Positions 28,485 to 38,327 of a stretch of 64,000 nucleotides of DNA are shown piece by piece; position 1 is the stretch's first letter, and the number at the start of each line of letters is the position of its first letter. Below the pieces are notes generated by a model. That model worked only from the letters and a program-made list of their open reading frames with translations, was not told the origin of the DNA and ran no database searches. Origin of the DNA: an uncultured Pseudomonadota bacterium (GTDB taxonomy: Bacteria > Pseudomonadota > Alphaproteobacteria > UBA9219); the NCBI GenBank assembly GCA_903869345.1, contig CAIPYM010000024.1, positions 3,703 to 67,702 on the forward strand, in the 5' to 3' direction. The translations under genes and the position numbers were made by a program.

Positions 28485-30458
28485 GTGAACATGACCGGGA
28501 AAAACATCGCGCTCGTTGTGATCATCGGGCTTTTGCTGGTGACGCTCTGGAACGTGTTCCAAAGCGCCGAGAATCCTGCGGCTCAGAACGTTCTGCCCTT
28601 CAGCGATTTTGTCGCGCGCGTGGACGAGGGCAAGGTCACGGATGTTGTCATCCGGGGCAACATTGTGACGGGCCACCTGGCCGAGGGCGGCACGCCGTTC
28701 GCGACGTACCTTCCCCCGAATCCCGGCATTGTGGACAAGCTGCTGGCCAAAAACGTGCGCGTGGTCGCACGGCCCGACGATTCGGGCTCCCCGACGTTTT
28801 GGGGAGTTCTGTTGTCATGGCTGCCGATGATTATCTTGGTCGGCGTTTACATCTTTTTCATGCGCCAAATGCAGGCGGGCGGCGGCAAGGCCATGGGCTT
28901 CGGGCGCAGCCGCGCACGGCTTTTGACCGAGAAGACCGGCAAAGTCACGTTCGAGGATGTGGCGGGCGTCGAGGAGGCCAAACAGGACCTGGAAGAAGTC
29001 GTGGAGTTCCTCCGCAACCCGCAGAAGTTTCAAAAACTGGGAGGGCGGATTCCGAAAGGGCTGCTGCTCGTGGGACCTCCCGGCACGGGTAAAACGCTGA
29101 TTGCGCGGGCCGTGGCGGGCGAGGCGGGCGTGCCGTTCTTTACCATCTCGGGATCGGATTTCGTGGAGATGTTCGTGGGCGTGGGCGCAAGCCGCGTGCG
29201 CGACATGTTCGAGCAGGGCAAGAAGAACGCGCCCTGCATCATCTTCATTGACGAAATCGACGCCGTGGGACGGCACCGGGGCGCGGGCCTCGGCGGAGGT
29301 AACGACGAGCGTGAACAAACCCTGAATCAGCTGCTTGTCGAGATGGACGGGTTCGAGGCCAACGAGGGCGTGATTCTGATCGCGGCCACCAACCGGCCCG
29401 ACGTTTTGGACCCCGCGCTCTTGCGGCCCGGACGGTTCGATCGGCAGGTCGTCGTGCCCAACCCGGATATCGCGGGACGGGAAAAAATCCTCCGCGTCCA
29501 CATGCGGAAAATCCCTCTGGCGACGGATGTGGATGCCCGCACCGTCGCGCGCGGCACGCCGGGGTTCTCGGGCGCGGACCTCGCGAATCTTGTGAACGAG
29601 GCCGCGCTTTTGGCCGCGCGGGCCGACAAAGAAGCCGTGGGCATGGAGGACCTGGAGGCCGCCAAGGACAAGGTGATGATGGGGGCCGAGCGCCGATCCA
29701 TGGTGATGACCGAAAAGGAGCGTTCGCTCACGGCGTACCACGAGGCGGGACATGCACTGGTGAGTCTGCACGTGCCGCAAAGCGACCCCTTGCATAAAAT
29801 CACGATTATTCCGCGCGGGCGGGCGCTGGGCATGACGATGAACCTGCCGGAGCGCGATAAGTACAGTCAGACGAAGACGGAACTGGAATCACGTCTGGCG
29901 ATTCTCTTTGGGGGGCGCATCGCCGAGGAAATCATCTTTGGCCCTGCCGAAGTCACGACGGGCGCCAGCAGCGACATCCAGCAAGCGACAGGTCTCGCGC
30001 GGCGCATGGTGGGGGAGTTCGGCATGTCCGACAAACTCGGGCGCGTGCGTTACCACGCCAACGAGCAAGAGGTTTTTCTGGGCCACGCGGTGACACAACA
30101 ACAGAACGTCTCGGAAGCGACGGCGGAGGTGATTGACGCCGAGATTCGGCGGCTGATCGAGGAGGCCGAATCGTCTGCACGAAAAGTTCTAACAGCGAGC
30201 CTGGAGGACCTGCACCGGCTGGCCAAAGCGCTTTTGGAATTTGAGACCCTTTCGGGCGACGACGTCGCGGCGCTTTTGCGGGGTGAGAGCCTCGCGCAAC
30301 GCGACGATCTGCCCTCGGCATCCAAGGCCGCCGCGTCGCTCACGGGATCGCGCCACGGGTCCGTGCCCTCCGCGTCGTCCCCTCCCCCGCCCACGTTGCC
30401 GCCACCCTCCGAATCCGGGGGCGACGACACGTCCCACGGCGAAGGATTCTCGGTGTGA
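28485..30458 (+). CDS. ftsH: ATP-dependent zinc metalloprotease FtsH
   Basis: AAA+ Walker A GPPGTGKT, second region of homology, HEAGHAL zinc motif. Confidence 0.95.
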   Translation: MNMTGKNIALVVIIGLLLVTLWNVFQSAENPAAQNVLPFSDFVARVDEGKVTDVVIRGNIVTGHLAEGGTPFATYLPPNPGIVDKLLAKNVRVVARPDDSGSPTFWGVLLSWLPMIILVGVYIFFMRQMQAGGGKAMGFGRSRARLLTEKTGKVTFEDVAGVEEAKQDLEEVVEFLRNPQKFQKLGGRIPKGLLLVGPPGTGKTLIARAVAGEAGVPFFTISGSDFVEMFVGVGASRVRDMFEQGKKNAPCIIFIDEIDAVGRHRGAGLGGGNDEREQTLNQLLVEMDGFEANEGVILIAATNRPDVLDPALLRPGRFDRQVVVPNPDIAGREKILRVHMRKIPLATDVDARTVARGTPGFSGADLANLVNEAALLAARADKEAVGMEDLEAAKDKVMMGAERRSMVMTEKERSLTAYHEAGHALVSLHVPQSDPLHKITIIPRGRALGMTMNLPERDKYSQTKTELESRLAILFGGRIAEEIIFGPAEVTTGASSDIQQATGLARRMVGEFGMSDKLGRVRYHANEQEVFLGHAVTQQQNVSEATAEVIDAEIRRLIEEAESSARKVLTASLEDLHRLAKALLEFETLSGDDVAALLRGESLAQRDDLPSASKAAASLTGSRHGSVPSASSPPPPTLPPPSESGGDDTSHGEGFSV

Positions 30459-30529
30459 AAGGGGGTGCGCGTTTCCGATCGTCTCCTGCAAAACGACCCG
30501 AGATGATTTTTTCAACCCCCTTTCCCTCT

Positions 30530-30612
30530 CGTCATTCCGGCGAAAGCCGGAATCCAGGGCCACTTTCCGTGTCAAAATAAAAATGGACCCCGGCTTTCGC
30601 CGGGGTGACGAG
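30530..30612. repeat. Family A palindromic element (MITE-like)
   Basis: TCGTCATTCCGGCGAAAGCCGGAATCCAGGG ... GACCCCGGCTTTCGCCGGGGTGACGAGG. Confidence 0.7.
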
Positions 30613-30682
30613 GAGACGAGACAAAAAAGAAAATCTGTACCGTTGTAAGTGCTGTCTTCTCCAAAACCCCGAGGTTCTTGCC

Positions 30683-31357
30683 ATGCCGTCCGTCACCATC
30701 ACCTCCCTTGAGGGCCCTACGTTTGAGGCTTACGCCGCGTTTCCCTCCGGCCCCGGAGGTCCGGGACTCGTCGTGCTGCACCCGCAGGAGGGAATCACGC
30801 CCGCGATTCGCGCAGCGTGCGATACCTTCGCCGCCGAGGGGTACATGGTCCTTTGCCCCAACCTGTTCTGGCGCCTGAAGGCGGGCACCCCCGTAACGGA
30901 TTTGGCGTTTGATGTCGAAGGCGGAGCGCGGGACGTGTTAGCAACCGTGGCGTATGTACGTCGGTTGCCGGGGTATGCGGGCAAGACGGGGGTTGTCGGC
31001 TACGGCCTCGGAGGACGGCTCGCGTGGCTTGCGGCCTCACGCAGTGATGTCGAGGCCGTGGTCAGCTACGAAGGGCACGGACTGGAGACGTTGCTTCACG
31101 AGGTCCACGATATCCGCATGCCGTTTCTTGTGCACATCGCGGGACGCGACCCCGCGATTCCTCCGGCAACACAGGCGCGAATCCTGAAAAAATGCACCTT
31201 GAATCCGGTGCTGCGCCCGCATGTGCTCCCTGAGGCCGAGGCGGGATTCATCGGACAAGGAACCCCCGCTTACAACGCAGCCCTGGCCGACGAAGCCGTC
31301 GCCCTCACCCGCACCTTTCTGGCCGAAGAACTCAAGGACTCACCCACCCGTTTGTAA
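30683..31357 (+). CDS. Dienelactone hydrolase family protein
   Basis: DLH fold with nucleophile motif GVVGYGLGGRLAWL; ATG at 30683. Confidence 0.8.
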   Translation: MPSVTITSLEGPTFEAYAAFPSGPGGPGLVVLHPQEGITPAIRAACDTFAAEGYMVLCPNLFWRLKAGTPVTDLAFDVEGGARDVLATVAYVRRLPGYAGKTGVVGYGLGGRLAWLAASRSDVEAVVSYEGHGLETLLHEVHDIRMPFLVHIAGRDPAIPPATQARILKKCTLNPVLRPHVLPEAEAGFIGQGTPAYNAALADEAVALTRTFLAEELKDSPTRL

Positions 31358-31364
31358 CCGCACC

Positions 31365-31760
31365 TCACCCCCCTTTCATCGGGGTGTGAACGTGAGGAGG
31401 GCCGCGTACTGCAAGCCCCTCAGAGGGCAGCCCCTCCCCCAACGCGGCCATCGCCTCAAAAACCGTTTGAAGGCGCTGTCCGAGCTCCGTGAGCGTATAG
31501 TCGGTATGGGGCGACGCTGATGCATAGCGCGTTTTGACCACCAAACCGTTGCGTTCAAGAAGCTGGAGACGTGCCGCCAAGACTTTCGCACTAAGCCCTG
31601 GCCATGCCGCCAACAATTCGGTAGGGCGCTTGCGGCCCGACAGAAGACTGCGCACAATTTGCGAGGTCCATTTTCCCTTGAGCAGATGGGCTGCGCGACG
31701 AACAGGGCACGACTCGTTGCACGGAGCCGATGCCTCAAAGGATGAAGAGAACAGAACCAT
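31365..31760 (-). CDS. HxlR-family transcriptional regulator
   Basis: CPVRRAAHLLKGKWTSQIVRSL...ELL wHTH pattern of HxlR/MarR-like DUF24. Confidence 0.8.
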   Translation of the reverse strand: MVLFSSSFEASAPCNESCPVRRAAHLLKGKWTSQIVRSLLSGRKRPTELLAAWPGLSAKVLAARLQLLERNGLVVKTRYASASPHTDYTLTELGQRLQTVFEAMAALGEGLPSEGLAVRGPPHVHTPMKGG

Positions 31761-31864
31761 GGCGGGAGGTTACCAAAAAGTGCCTACTTGTCCACATTTT
31801 TCAAACCGTTAAGTAAGGGGACATAACCTGCCCTTGTTCCCTGTCTTGAAGGAGGACCCTTCCC

Positions 31865-32257
31865 ATGCATTCACGTTACCCTCGCCTTTTAGCCTTCACA
31901 CTCCGTTTTATCGCGTGTGTCCAGATCGTTCTCGGCTGTGGATTCTTCATCGCCCCGGCGGGCATGGCGACTGTTCTGGGGTTGGTTCCCGCCCCTGGCT
32001 GGGCCAACTGGTTGTTTGGGATGATGGCCGCACGGTTCCTCGGTTTTGGGTATGGCCTGTTCATCGCGGCGCGTGACCCCGTGGCCCATTTGCCGTGGGT
32101 GCGGGCCATGGTTGGCATTCAGATTCTGGATTGGATTGTAACGGTTCAGCACCTGCACGCCGGAGACGTCACGCTTGCTCAAGTGAACACGGCGTCCTTT
32201 TTGCCGCTGGTGTTTTTAGGACTTTTGGCAGCATCTTGGCCACGTCGGGCCTCGTAA
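31865..32257 (+). CDS. Hypothetical membrane protein (4 TM), divergent from hxlR
   Basis: 130-aa hydrophobic ORF with backbone-like codon usage; no recognisable domain. Confidence 0.5.
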   Translation: MHSRYPRLLAFTLRFIACVQIVLGCGFFIAPAGMATVLGLVPAPGWANWLFGMMAARFLGFGYGLFIAARDPVAHLPWVRAMVGIQILDWIVTVQHLHAGDVTLAQVNTASFLPLVFLGLLAASWPRRAS

Positions 32258-32273
32258 GGTCAAGGAGACACGT

Positions 32274-32921
32274 ATGGGTTTTTTTGCGGCCCGCTTTTTC
32301 GCCTACGTGCAAGGAGCAGCGTTCTACCAACAAATTCACCGTGAAGCGGTCGCCCTTTTGCCGCCAGGGGCCGGTAAAACCTGGTTCGATATCGGGTGTG
32401 GACCTGGGCTCGTTGCACGTCTTGCCGCCGAGAGGGGCTACCGTGTGATGGGTTTCGATTCGAACGCCGATGCGGTGGAGATCGCAACGCGCCATTCAGG
32501 AACGGTGGATTCGCCTCGGTTTGCCTGTGTTGCCCTTGAAAGCATTGCTGAAGATGACGGAACGGCCGATGTGGTGTCCGCTGCCTCGCTGCTGAGGGTG
32601 GTCAAGGATCGTCCGCTCGCCTTGCGCCAGCTGCTGAAAACCCTGGCTCCGAAGGGTGTTCTTCTGGTGGTGGAAACAGGTCACGCCCTTGCTTGGCGCA
32701 AACTCACGATCAATCATCTGACAGCGGCAAGAGGACGAAGAAGCTGGATTCTGGGTCTCTTGGTCCTGAGCCGTATGGGAGCCCCCCCCCTCGACGTCAA
32801 AGCCCTCTGTCCCGAGGGGTACACCGTTGCCTGTCATGCGTTGGGAGGAGGCCTTGTTAACGCTTGGATTCTCCGCCGTGACACCGACGATTCCATGAAG
32901 AACCCTTTTGTGAATGCGTAA
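32274..32921 (+). CDS. Class I SAM-dependent methyltransferase
   Basis: Motif I FDIGCGPGLVARLAA and motif post-I VMGFDSN. Confidence 0.75.
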   Translation: MGFFAARFFAYVQGAAFYQQIHREAVALLPPGAGKTWFDIGCGPGLVARLAAERGYRVMGFDSNADAVEIATRHSGTVDSPRFACVALESIAEDDGTADVVSAASLLRVVKDRPLALRQLLKTLAPKGVLLVVETGHALAWRKLTINHLTAARGRRSWILGLLVLSRMGAPPLDVKALCPEGYTVACHALGGGLVNAWILRRDTDDSMKNPFVNA

Positions 32922-33017
32922 AGCCGGGGGCTCGCAAAGGCGGGCAAAAAGGCGCACCCTGCACACCTGTCGCGTTGTTCAGCAAAAGGGCGGTGCGCGC
33001 GGGGGAGATCATCGACC

Positions 33018-34085
33018 ATGGCCCGTGTTGTTCCCCTTGATCCCCTGCGCCGGGCCAAGCGTGCGCAAGCCTCAAGCGCAGAAAACCCCTCGCGCCTGCG
33101 GGGGGACGGTTCGGCACTCACCCGCTTGACCGCACTGGTTGAGGACGATCTGACTGCCGTTAACAACCTTGTTCTTCAACGTCTTCTGAGTCGCGTTCCG
33201 CTCGTGCCCCAGCTGGCACGTCACGTCATTGCCGCTGGGGGCAAACGCCTTCGGCCTCTTTTGACGCTCGCAGGGGCTCGGCTTTGCGGTTACGAGGGAA
33301 CGCGGCATCACGCGCTGGCCGCCTGCGTGGAGTTCATGCACACGGCGACGTTGCTGCACGACGACGTTGTGGACGCCAGCACCGTGCGACGCGGCGTGCC
33401 TTCCGCCAATGCCCTTTTCGGCAATGCGTCGAGCGTCCTGGTCGGCGATTTTCTCATCAGCCGCGCGTTTCAGATGATGGTGGAGGACGGCTCGCTGGAT
33501 GTTTTGCGCATCCTCGCGGACACGGGGGCTGTCATCGCGGAAGGTGAGGTTCGCCAGCTGGAGGCGGCCCGTACCAGCACGCTCAGCGAACAGACCTACC
33601 TCGACATTATCCGCGCCAAAACCGCCGAGCTTTTCGCGGCGTCGTGCCAAATTGGAGCGGTTGTTGCGGGGCGGCCCGCGCCCGAGGAAGAAGCGCTCCG
33701 GACGTTCGGCCTGAACCTGGGGATTGCGTTTCAGATCGCGGACGACGTGTTGGATTACGGCGGTGAGCAAACGTTGCTTGGCAAAACGGTCGGGGACGAC
33801 TTCCGCGAAGGCAAGGTGACCCTGCCCGTCATTCTGGCCATTCACCGGGGCAACGAGGCCGAGCGCGCCTTTTGGCGGCGAACGATGGAAGAGCAAGACC
33901 GACGGCCCGAAGACTTGCTCCACGCGCAACGACTCTTGCAGGCGCGGGAGGCGTTGCGCGATTCCTTGGAGCGTGCCCACCACTACGGCGCGATGGCGCG
34001 GGATGCACTCGGGCTTTTTCCGGACACGCCCCTCCGCCGCGTGCTGCTCGATCTCGTGGACTTCGCCGTCGACCGGGATTTCTGA
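33018..34085 (+). CDS. ispB: Polyprenyl (octaprenyl) diphosphate synthase
   Basis: FARM LLHDDVVDAS and SARM GIAFQIADDVLDY motifs. Confidence 0.9.
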   Translation: MARVVPLDPLRRAKRAQASSAENPSRLRGDGSALTRLTALVEDDLTAVNNLVLQRLLSRVPLVPQLARHVIAAGGKRLRPLLTLAGARLCGYEGTRHHALAACVEFMHTATLLHDDVVDASTVRRGVPSANALFGNASSVLVGDFLISRAFQMMVEDGSLDVLRILADTGAVIAEGEVRQLEAARTSTLSEQTYLDIIRAKTAELFAASCQIGAVVAGRPAPEEEALRTFGLNLGIAFQIADDVLDYGGEQTLLGKTVGDDFREGKVTLPVILAIHRGNEAERAFWRRTMEEQDRRPEDLLHAQRLLQAREALRDSLERAHHYGAMARDALGLFPDTPLRRVLLDLVDFAVDRDF

Positions 34086-34236
34086 AGGCACGGGGTTTCC
34101 GGGAAGGCGTTGACGGTACGCGGCGGAGAATCCGCCCCGAATCGTCGACGTTCATCTGGCACCCCCACGTTTTGATCACGACATGACGCGGCGCGAGGAC
34201 GCCTTCGGGAGGAGAGGATTTTTTCTGGATTTTTTT

Positions 34237-34317
34237 CTTGACTCGGCGGGTTCAAAGGGGTATTGACAAACCCATGGCGTAGTGTACCCGCGTTTTGGCC
34301 GAATCGCGGGTTTTTTT
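34237..34317 (+). promoter_or_regulatory. Candidate sigma70-like promoter (TTGACT-N17-TATTGA) followed within about 45 nt by a terminator hairpin (ACCCGCG-N12-CGCGGGT plus T7): possible tiny transcript/attenuator
   Basis: Read directly from the sequence in the ispB/phosphoesterase intergenic region; contains a mini-ORF ATG-GCG-TAG. Confidence 0.3.
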
Positions 34318-34574
34318 GTGCCCAAACGGTGGAAAAAGCCCTGTTTTCCGCCCGTGTGTCGTCCGTTTTTGACCATCCCCGATAGAGGACCAGATCCCCG
34401 CTGGGGTCCGAGGGATGAGGGACCCCGCCCTCGCATCCTCCCCCCAAAACGGCGCTCCAGGATTGATGGAGATTTTGGCGGAGAAACAAAGGCCGATCCG
34501 CCTTTTTGACTTTTCAAAACGACCTCGCTATTGAGCGCCCGTGTTGGTGTCGGGACGACCTCGTGAGAGAACAC

Positions 34575-36074
34575 ATGTTTAAAAAACAAGAAAGAACCAA
34601 GATTAAAACGGGCGACGTTCGCACGATTGAGATTCAGGGACTTGATTTTAAGCTGCAATTTATTCGTCGTGCCGATGGCACGGATGCTCTCTGTCATGAC
34701 ATGTCTATTTCAGACCTGCATTTGGGCACCTTCATGGCCTATGCCGGGGAACAAGCACATATGCTGTCCCACGTGCAGCCCCGGCGCCTATGGCTTGTGG
34801 GCGACATCGTCGATCTGGAGGCGATGAAGGGGAAAAGGCGTTTCAAATTCCCCGATAATCATTGGCTCGTTCTCGCCTCTCTTTTCAAGCTGGCCCATCA
34901 GGGAGCAGACGTCACCTATATTCCGGGCAATCACGAAGCTGAAAGGGTGCGCGGCAAAACAATTCAACAGGTTACAGGCACGGACAAGCATCATCGCCGC
35001 GCAACGGGGAGAACGCTCTTCGGGGTCAAGATCGAACACACGGCGGAATATATAACGGCTGACGGAAAAAAAGGCTTGGTTGAACATGGCGACGCCCGCG
35101 ATCCTCCGAGGATTAAGGCGCTTTATGGTATCGGGAACGCCGCCTACGAGCTTGTGGCGCGGCTTGATAAGGTCATTCATCATCAATTTGTTCAGACCGT
35201 CCTGCAGTGCATTTCCCCACCCCTCGCGGAACGCGCGAAGCATTTTTCGCCTGCACGCGCGGCGAAGCACCTCATTAAAGATTTCATCAACAAACACATG
35301 GGCGTCCTATCGGGCCTGGAAACGTGGCTGCGAGACTCGCCATATACTTTTATCCTCTATGGCCATACCCATATGCCGGGCATTGTCAAAGTTGTTACGG
35401 AGGGCGGCACAAAATACATCATCAACGACGGTTGTGGCACGGAGGGGGTTAGCGCGGCTCTGTTTGATGCCGATGGCAAGCCTGCCATCATGCGTTGGTG
35501 TTCGGATCGTATCGAGGTGACGGATGCAGACGGCACGACCAAAACGGTCGTCTTTGCCGACTATGGCATCAAGATCGACCCGACGCATCACCCGATCACC
35601 CGGGACGTGAACACTGGGCAGGCAAGCCACCCGTTCGTTCAACCAGAGTATTTTGATCGAACAGCGCGTGTTCTGCGTGTGATCCGGCAGATTGTGCCTG
35701 GGAAAGAGCGACTCCACCTGCTTGCTCAATACCGTCAGGCACGACGTGAGGTGGGATGGAGACAAAAGCAAAGCGCGTCAACACCCCAGGATTCACAACG
35801 TGTGATCAATCTCAGGATAAGACTTCGGCAAGAAGCCGAACGCACGATGCCAACCTATCCTGAGCCCCACCGTGCGGCGCAGGTGAAATGGCGTAAAGCG
35901 AGAGGGCGGATGCGGGCGAGGCGGAACAGAGTCGCGGGGGTTATTGCTTTATTTGACCCAACTGCTGCAGAAGTATTCCGAACCTCAGTAATAAGACGAC
36001 CGTCGTTCAAGCGTGTCTTACCCCCAGGTGCTTTTCAACACCCCCCCCCTTCGATGGGCGAGCTCACCCTCTAA
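34575..36074 (+). CDS. Calcineurin-like metallophosphoesterase with a long basic C-terminal extension, in an AT-richer islet
   Basis: Metallophosphatase motifs ISDLHLG, GDIVD, GNHE, GHTH; C-terminal 170 aa Arg/Lys-rich (RQARREVGWRQK...WRKARGRMRARRNR) without recognisable domain; GC about 52%. Confidence 0.65.
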   Translation: MFKKQERTKIKTGDVRTIEIQGLDFKLQFIRRADGTDALCHDMSISDLHLGTFMAYAGEQAHMLSHVQPRRLWLVGDIVDLEAMKGKRRFKFPDNHWLVLASLFKLAHQGADVTYIPGNHEAERVRGKTIQQVTGTDKHHRRATGRTLFGVKIEHTAEYITADGKKGLVEHGDARDPPRIKALYGIGNAAYELVARLDKVIHHQFVQTVLQCISPPLAERAKHFSPARAAKHLIKDFINKHMGVLSGLETWLRDSPYTFILYGHTHMPGIVKVVTEGGTKYIINDGCGTEGVSAALFDADGKPAIMRWCSDRIEVTDADGTTKTVVFADYGIKIDPTHHPITRDVNTGQASHPFVQPEYFDRTARVLRVIRQIVPGKERLHLLAQYRQARREVGWRQKQSASTPQDSQRVINLRIRLRQEAERTMPTYPEPHRAAQVKWRKARGRMRARRNRVAGVIALFDPTAAEVFRTSVIRRPSFKRVLPPGAFQHPPPSMGELTL

Positions 36075-36112
36075 CCCGACGTCACAAAAACCCCACATCA
36101 ACTGCTTCCCCC

Positions 36113-38125
36113 CTACGCATCCACGTCCTTCACGTACGGCGCGTTGTCTTGGATGAATCGGAACCGGGCTTCGGCCTTGCGTCCCATGAGGCTTTCGACG
36201 AGGGCCTCGGTCGTGCGGCGCTCCTCGGCGGGGTTGGGCTCGTCGGGCAGGGCCACGCGCACGCGCAAGAGGGAGCGTGATGCAGTGGCCATCGTCGTCT
36301 CGCGCAGTTGGGCGGGCATCATCTCGCCGAGGCCTTTAAAGCGGCTGATCTCCACCTTGGAGTTGCCCTTGAACGCGGTTTCCAAAAGCCTGTCGCGGTG
36401 GGCCTCGTCGCGGGCATAAAGCGTCTGGCCCTTGGAGCTGAGTCGGTAGAGCGGCGGCTGCGCCAGGTAAAGGTGCCCGCTGTCCACGAGCCCCGGCATC
36501 TCGCGGTAAAAGAACGTCATGAGCAGCGAAGCGATGTGCGCCCCGTCCACGTCGGCGTCGGTCATGATGATGACGCGCTCGTAGCGCAGCTTAGCCCCGT
36601 CAAACGCGCTGCCCAGGCCGCACCCCAGCGCTTGCGTGAGGTCCGCGATTTCCTGGTTGGCGCGGAGTTTTTCAACGCTGGCGCTGGCGACGTTGAGAAT
36701 CTTGCCGCGCAAGGGGAGGATGGCTTGCGTTTCCCGGTCCCGCGCTTGTTTAGCCGACCCGCCTGCCGAATCACCTTCGACCAGGAAAATCTCGGTGCCC
36801 TCGGGCGCAGTGCGGGCGCAATCGGCCAGTTTGCCAGGTAAGCGCAGCCGCCGCGTGGCGGTCTTGCGGGCCATGTCGCGGGCTTGGGAGAGGCGCAGGC
36901 GCTCCTCGGCCCGCAGAATCAGGCGCTCCAACAGCACGCTGCTACCCGCAGGATCGGCGGCGAGCCAATGGTCCAGGTGGTCTTTCACAACCTGGTCCAC
37001 AAGCCGCAGAGCCTCGGCGTTGGAAAGCCGCTCCTTGGTCTGGCCTTGAAATTGCGGCTCCCGCAGGAAGAGCGACAAGAGGGCGCTAGCCCCGCTGAAA
37101 ACATCCTCGCCCGCAAGAACACCCGCGCGGCGGTTGCCCGTCATCTCGCCGTACCCGCGCAGCCCCCGCACGAGCGCCGAGCGCAGCCCCGATTCGTGCG
37201 TGCCGCCCTGAGGGGTCGGAACCGTGTTGCAGTACGAATGGCAAAAGCCTTCGCTGTCCTCGGGCCAAGCCACGGCCCATTCAACACGGCCCTGGCCCTC
37301 GGGCAGGTCGGCAAGCCCTGTAAAGAGCGTCGGCGTGAGGGTCGCGCGTTCGCCGAGCGCGGAGGCCAAGTAGTCCGAAAGCCCGCCGGGAAAGTGAAGC
37401 TCGGCCTCGGTGGGGGTGGGGTCGTCCGCGCCATTCAGCAACGCCGGGTCGCACGTCCACCGGATCGTGACGCCGCGAAACAGGTACGCCTTGGACCGGG
37501 CGAGGCGAAACAGCGTCGCGGGCTTGAACCGCGCCTTGGTGCCGAAGATTTGCGGGTCGGGCGAAAACGTCACGCTCGTTCCCCGGCGCGAGGTTGCGCC
37601 TGAAGCCTTCACGGGGCCCTCGGGGACGCCGCGATGGTAGGTCTGGACGTGAAGGCGTTTGTCCCGCGCGACTTCGACAACCAGGGTTTCCGCCAACGCG
37701 TTGACGACGGAAACACCCACGCCGTGCAAGCCGCCCGCCGTCTCGTAGACTTTGTTCGAAAACTTTCCGCCCGAGTGCAGGGTCGTCAGAATAATCTGCA
37801 AGGCCGAAATGCCCGGAAACTTGGGGTGCGGGTCCACGGGGATTCCGCGCCCGTTGTCGTGCACCGTGACGCTGGTGGCCGAGTTCAGCACCATCTCGAT
37901 CCGGCTCGCGTAGCCCGCGACGGCTTCGTCCATGGCGTTGTCCAGAACTTCGGCCACAAGGTGATGCAGCGCGGCTTCGTCCGTGCCGCCGATGTACATG
38001 CCGGGGCGACGACGGACGGGCTCCAGGCCTTCCAGAACCTCAATGTCGTGGGCGCTGTACGAATCACTTTTGCCCCGCGAAGAGGGGACGGCGGGGGGCA
38101 GCAAAAAGGTGTCGCTTGGGGTCAT
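36113..38125 (-). CDS. parE: DNA topoisomerase IV subunit B
   Basis: GHKL ATPase (EVLDNAMDEA, GLHGVGVSVVNAL) plus TOPRIM; 670 aa without the long GyrB-specific insertion. Confidence 0.85.
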   Translation of the reverse strand: MTPSDTFLLPPAVPSSRGKSDSYSAHDIEVLEGLEPVRRRPGMYIGGTDEAALHHLVAEVLDNAMDEAVAGYASRIEMVLNSATSVTVHDNGRGIPVDPHPKFPGISALQIILTTLHSGGKFSNKVYETAGGLHGVGVSVVNALAETLVVEVARDKRLHVQTYHRGVPEGPVKASGATSRRGTSVTFSPDPQIFGTKARFKPATLFRLARSKAYLFRGVTIRWTCDPALLNGADDPTPTEAELHFPGGLSDYLASALGERATLTPTLFTGLADLPEGQGRVEWAVAWPEDSEGFCHSYCNTVPTPQGGTHESGLRSALVRGLRGYGEMTGNRRAGVLAGEDVFSGASALLSLFLREPQFQGQTKERLSNAEALRLVDQVVKDHLDHWLAADPAGSSVLLERLILRAEERLRLSQARDMARKTATRRLRLPGKLADCARTAPEGTEIFLVEGDSAGGSAKQARDRETQAILPLRGKILNVASASVEKLRANQEIADLTQALGCGLGSAFDGAKLRYERVIIMTDADVDGAHIASLLMTFFYREMPGLVDSGHLYLAQPPLYRLSSKGQTLYARDEAHRDRLLETAFKGNSKVEISRFKGLGEMMPAQLRETTMATASRSLLRVRVALPDEPNPAEERRTTEALVESLMGRKAEARFRFIQDNAPYVKDVDA

Positions 38126-38327
38126 CGTCCGAGACGCTCAGTAAACGGAGTTCGGGAAAGGCTGGACTATGGAGCACAGGCAAGAGCGAGAGCAAGAGGA
38201 TAGACAAATTGAGAGGTTAAGAGGCAAACTCTCTCCCCGGAAGAAGGAAGAGCTCCACGGGCAGGTTAGCCTTGGTGGGGGAAGTCTTCCGTTGCAACGG
38301 CTTGTTGAGTGAGGGCGGAGTTCTCCC

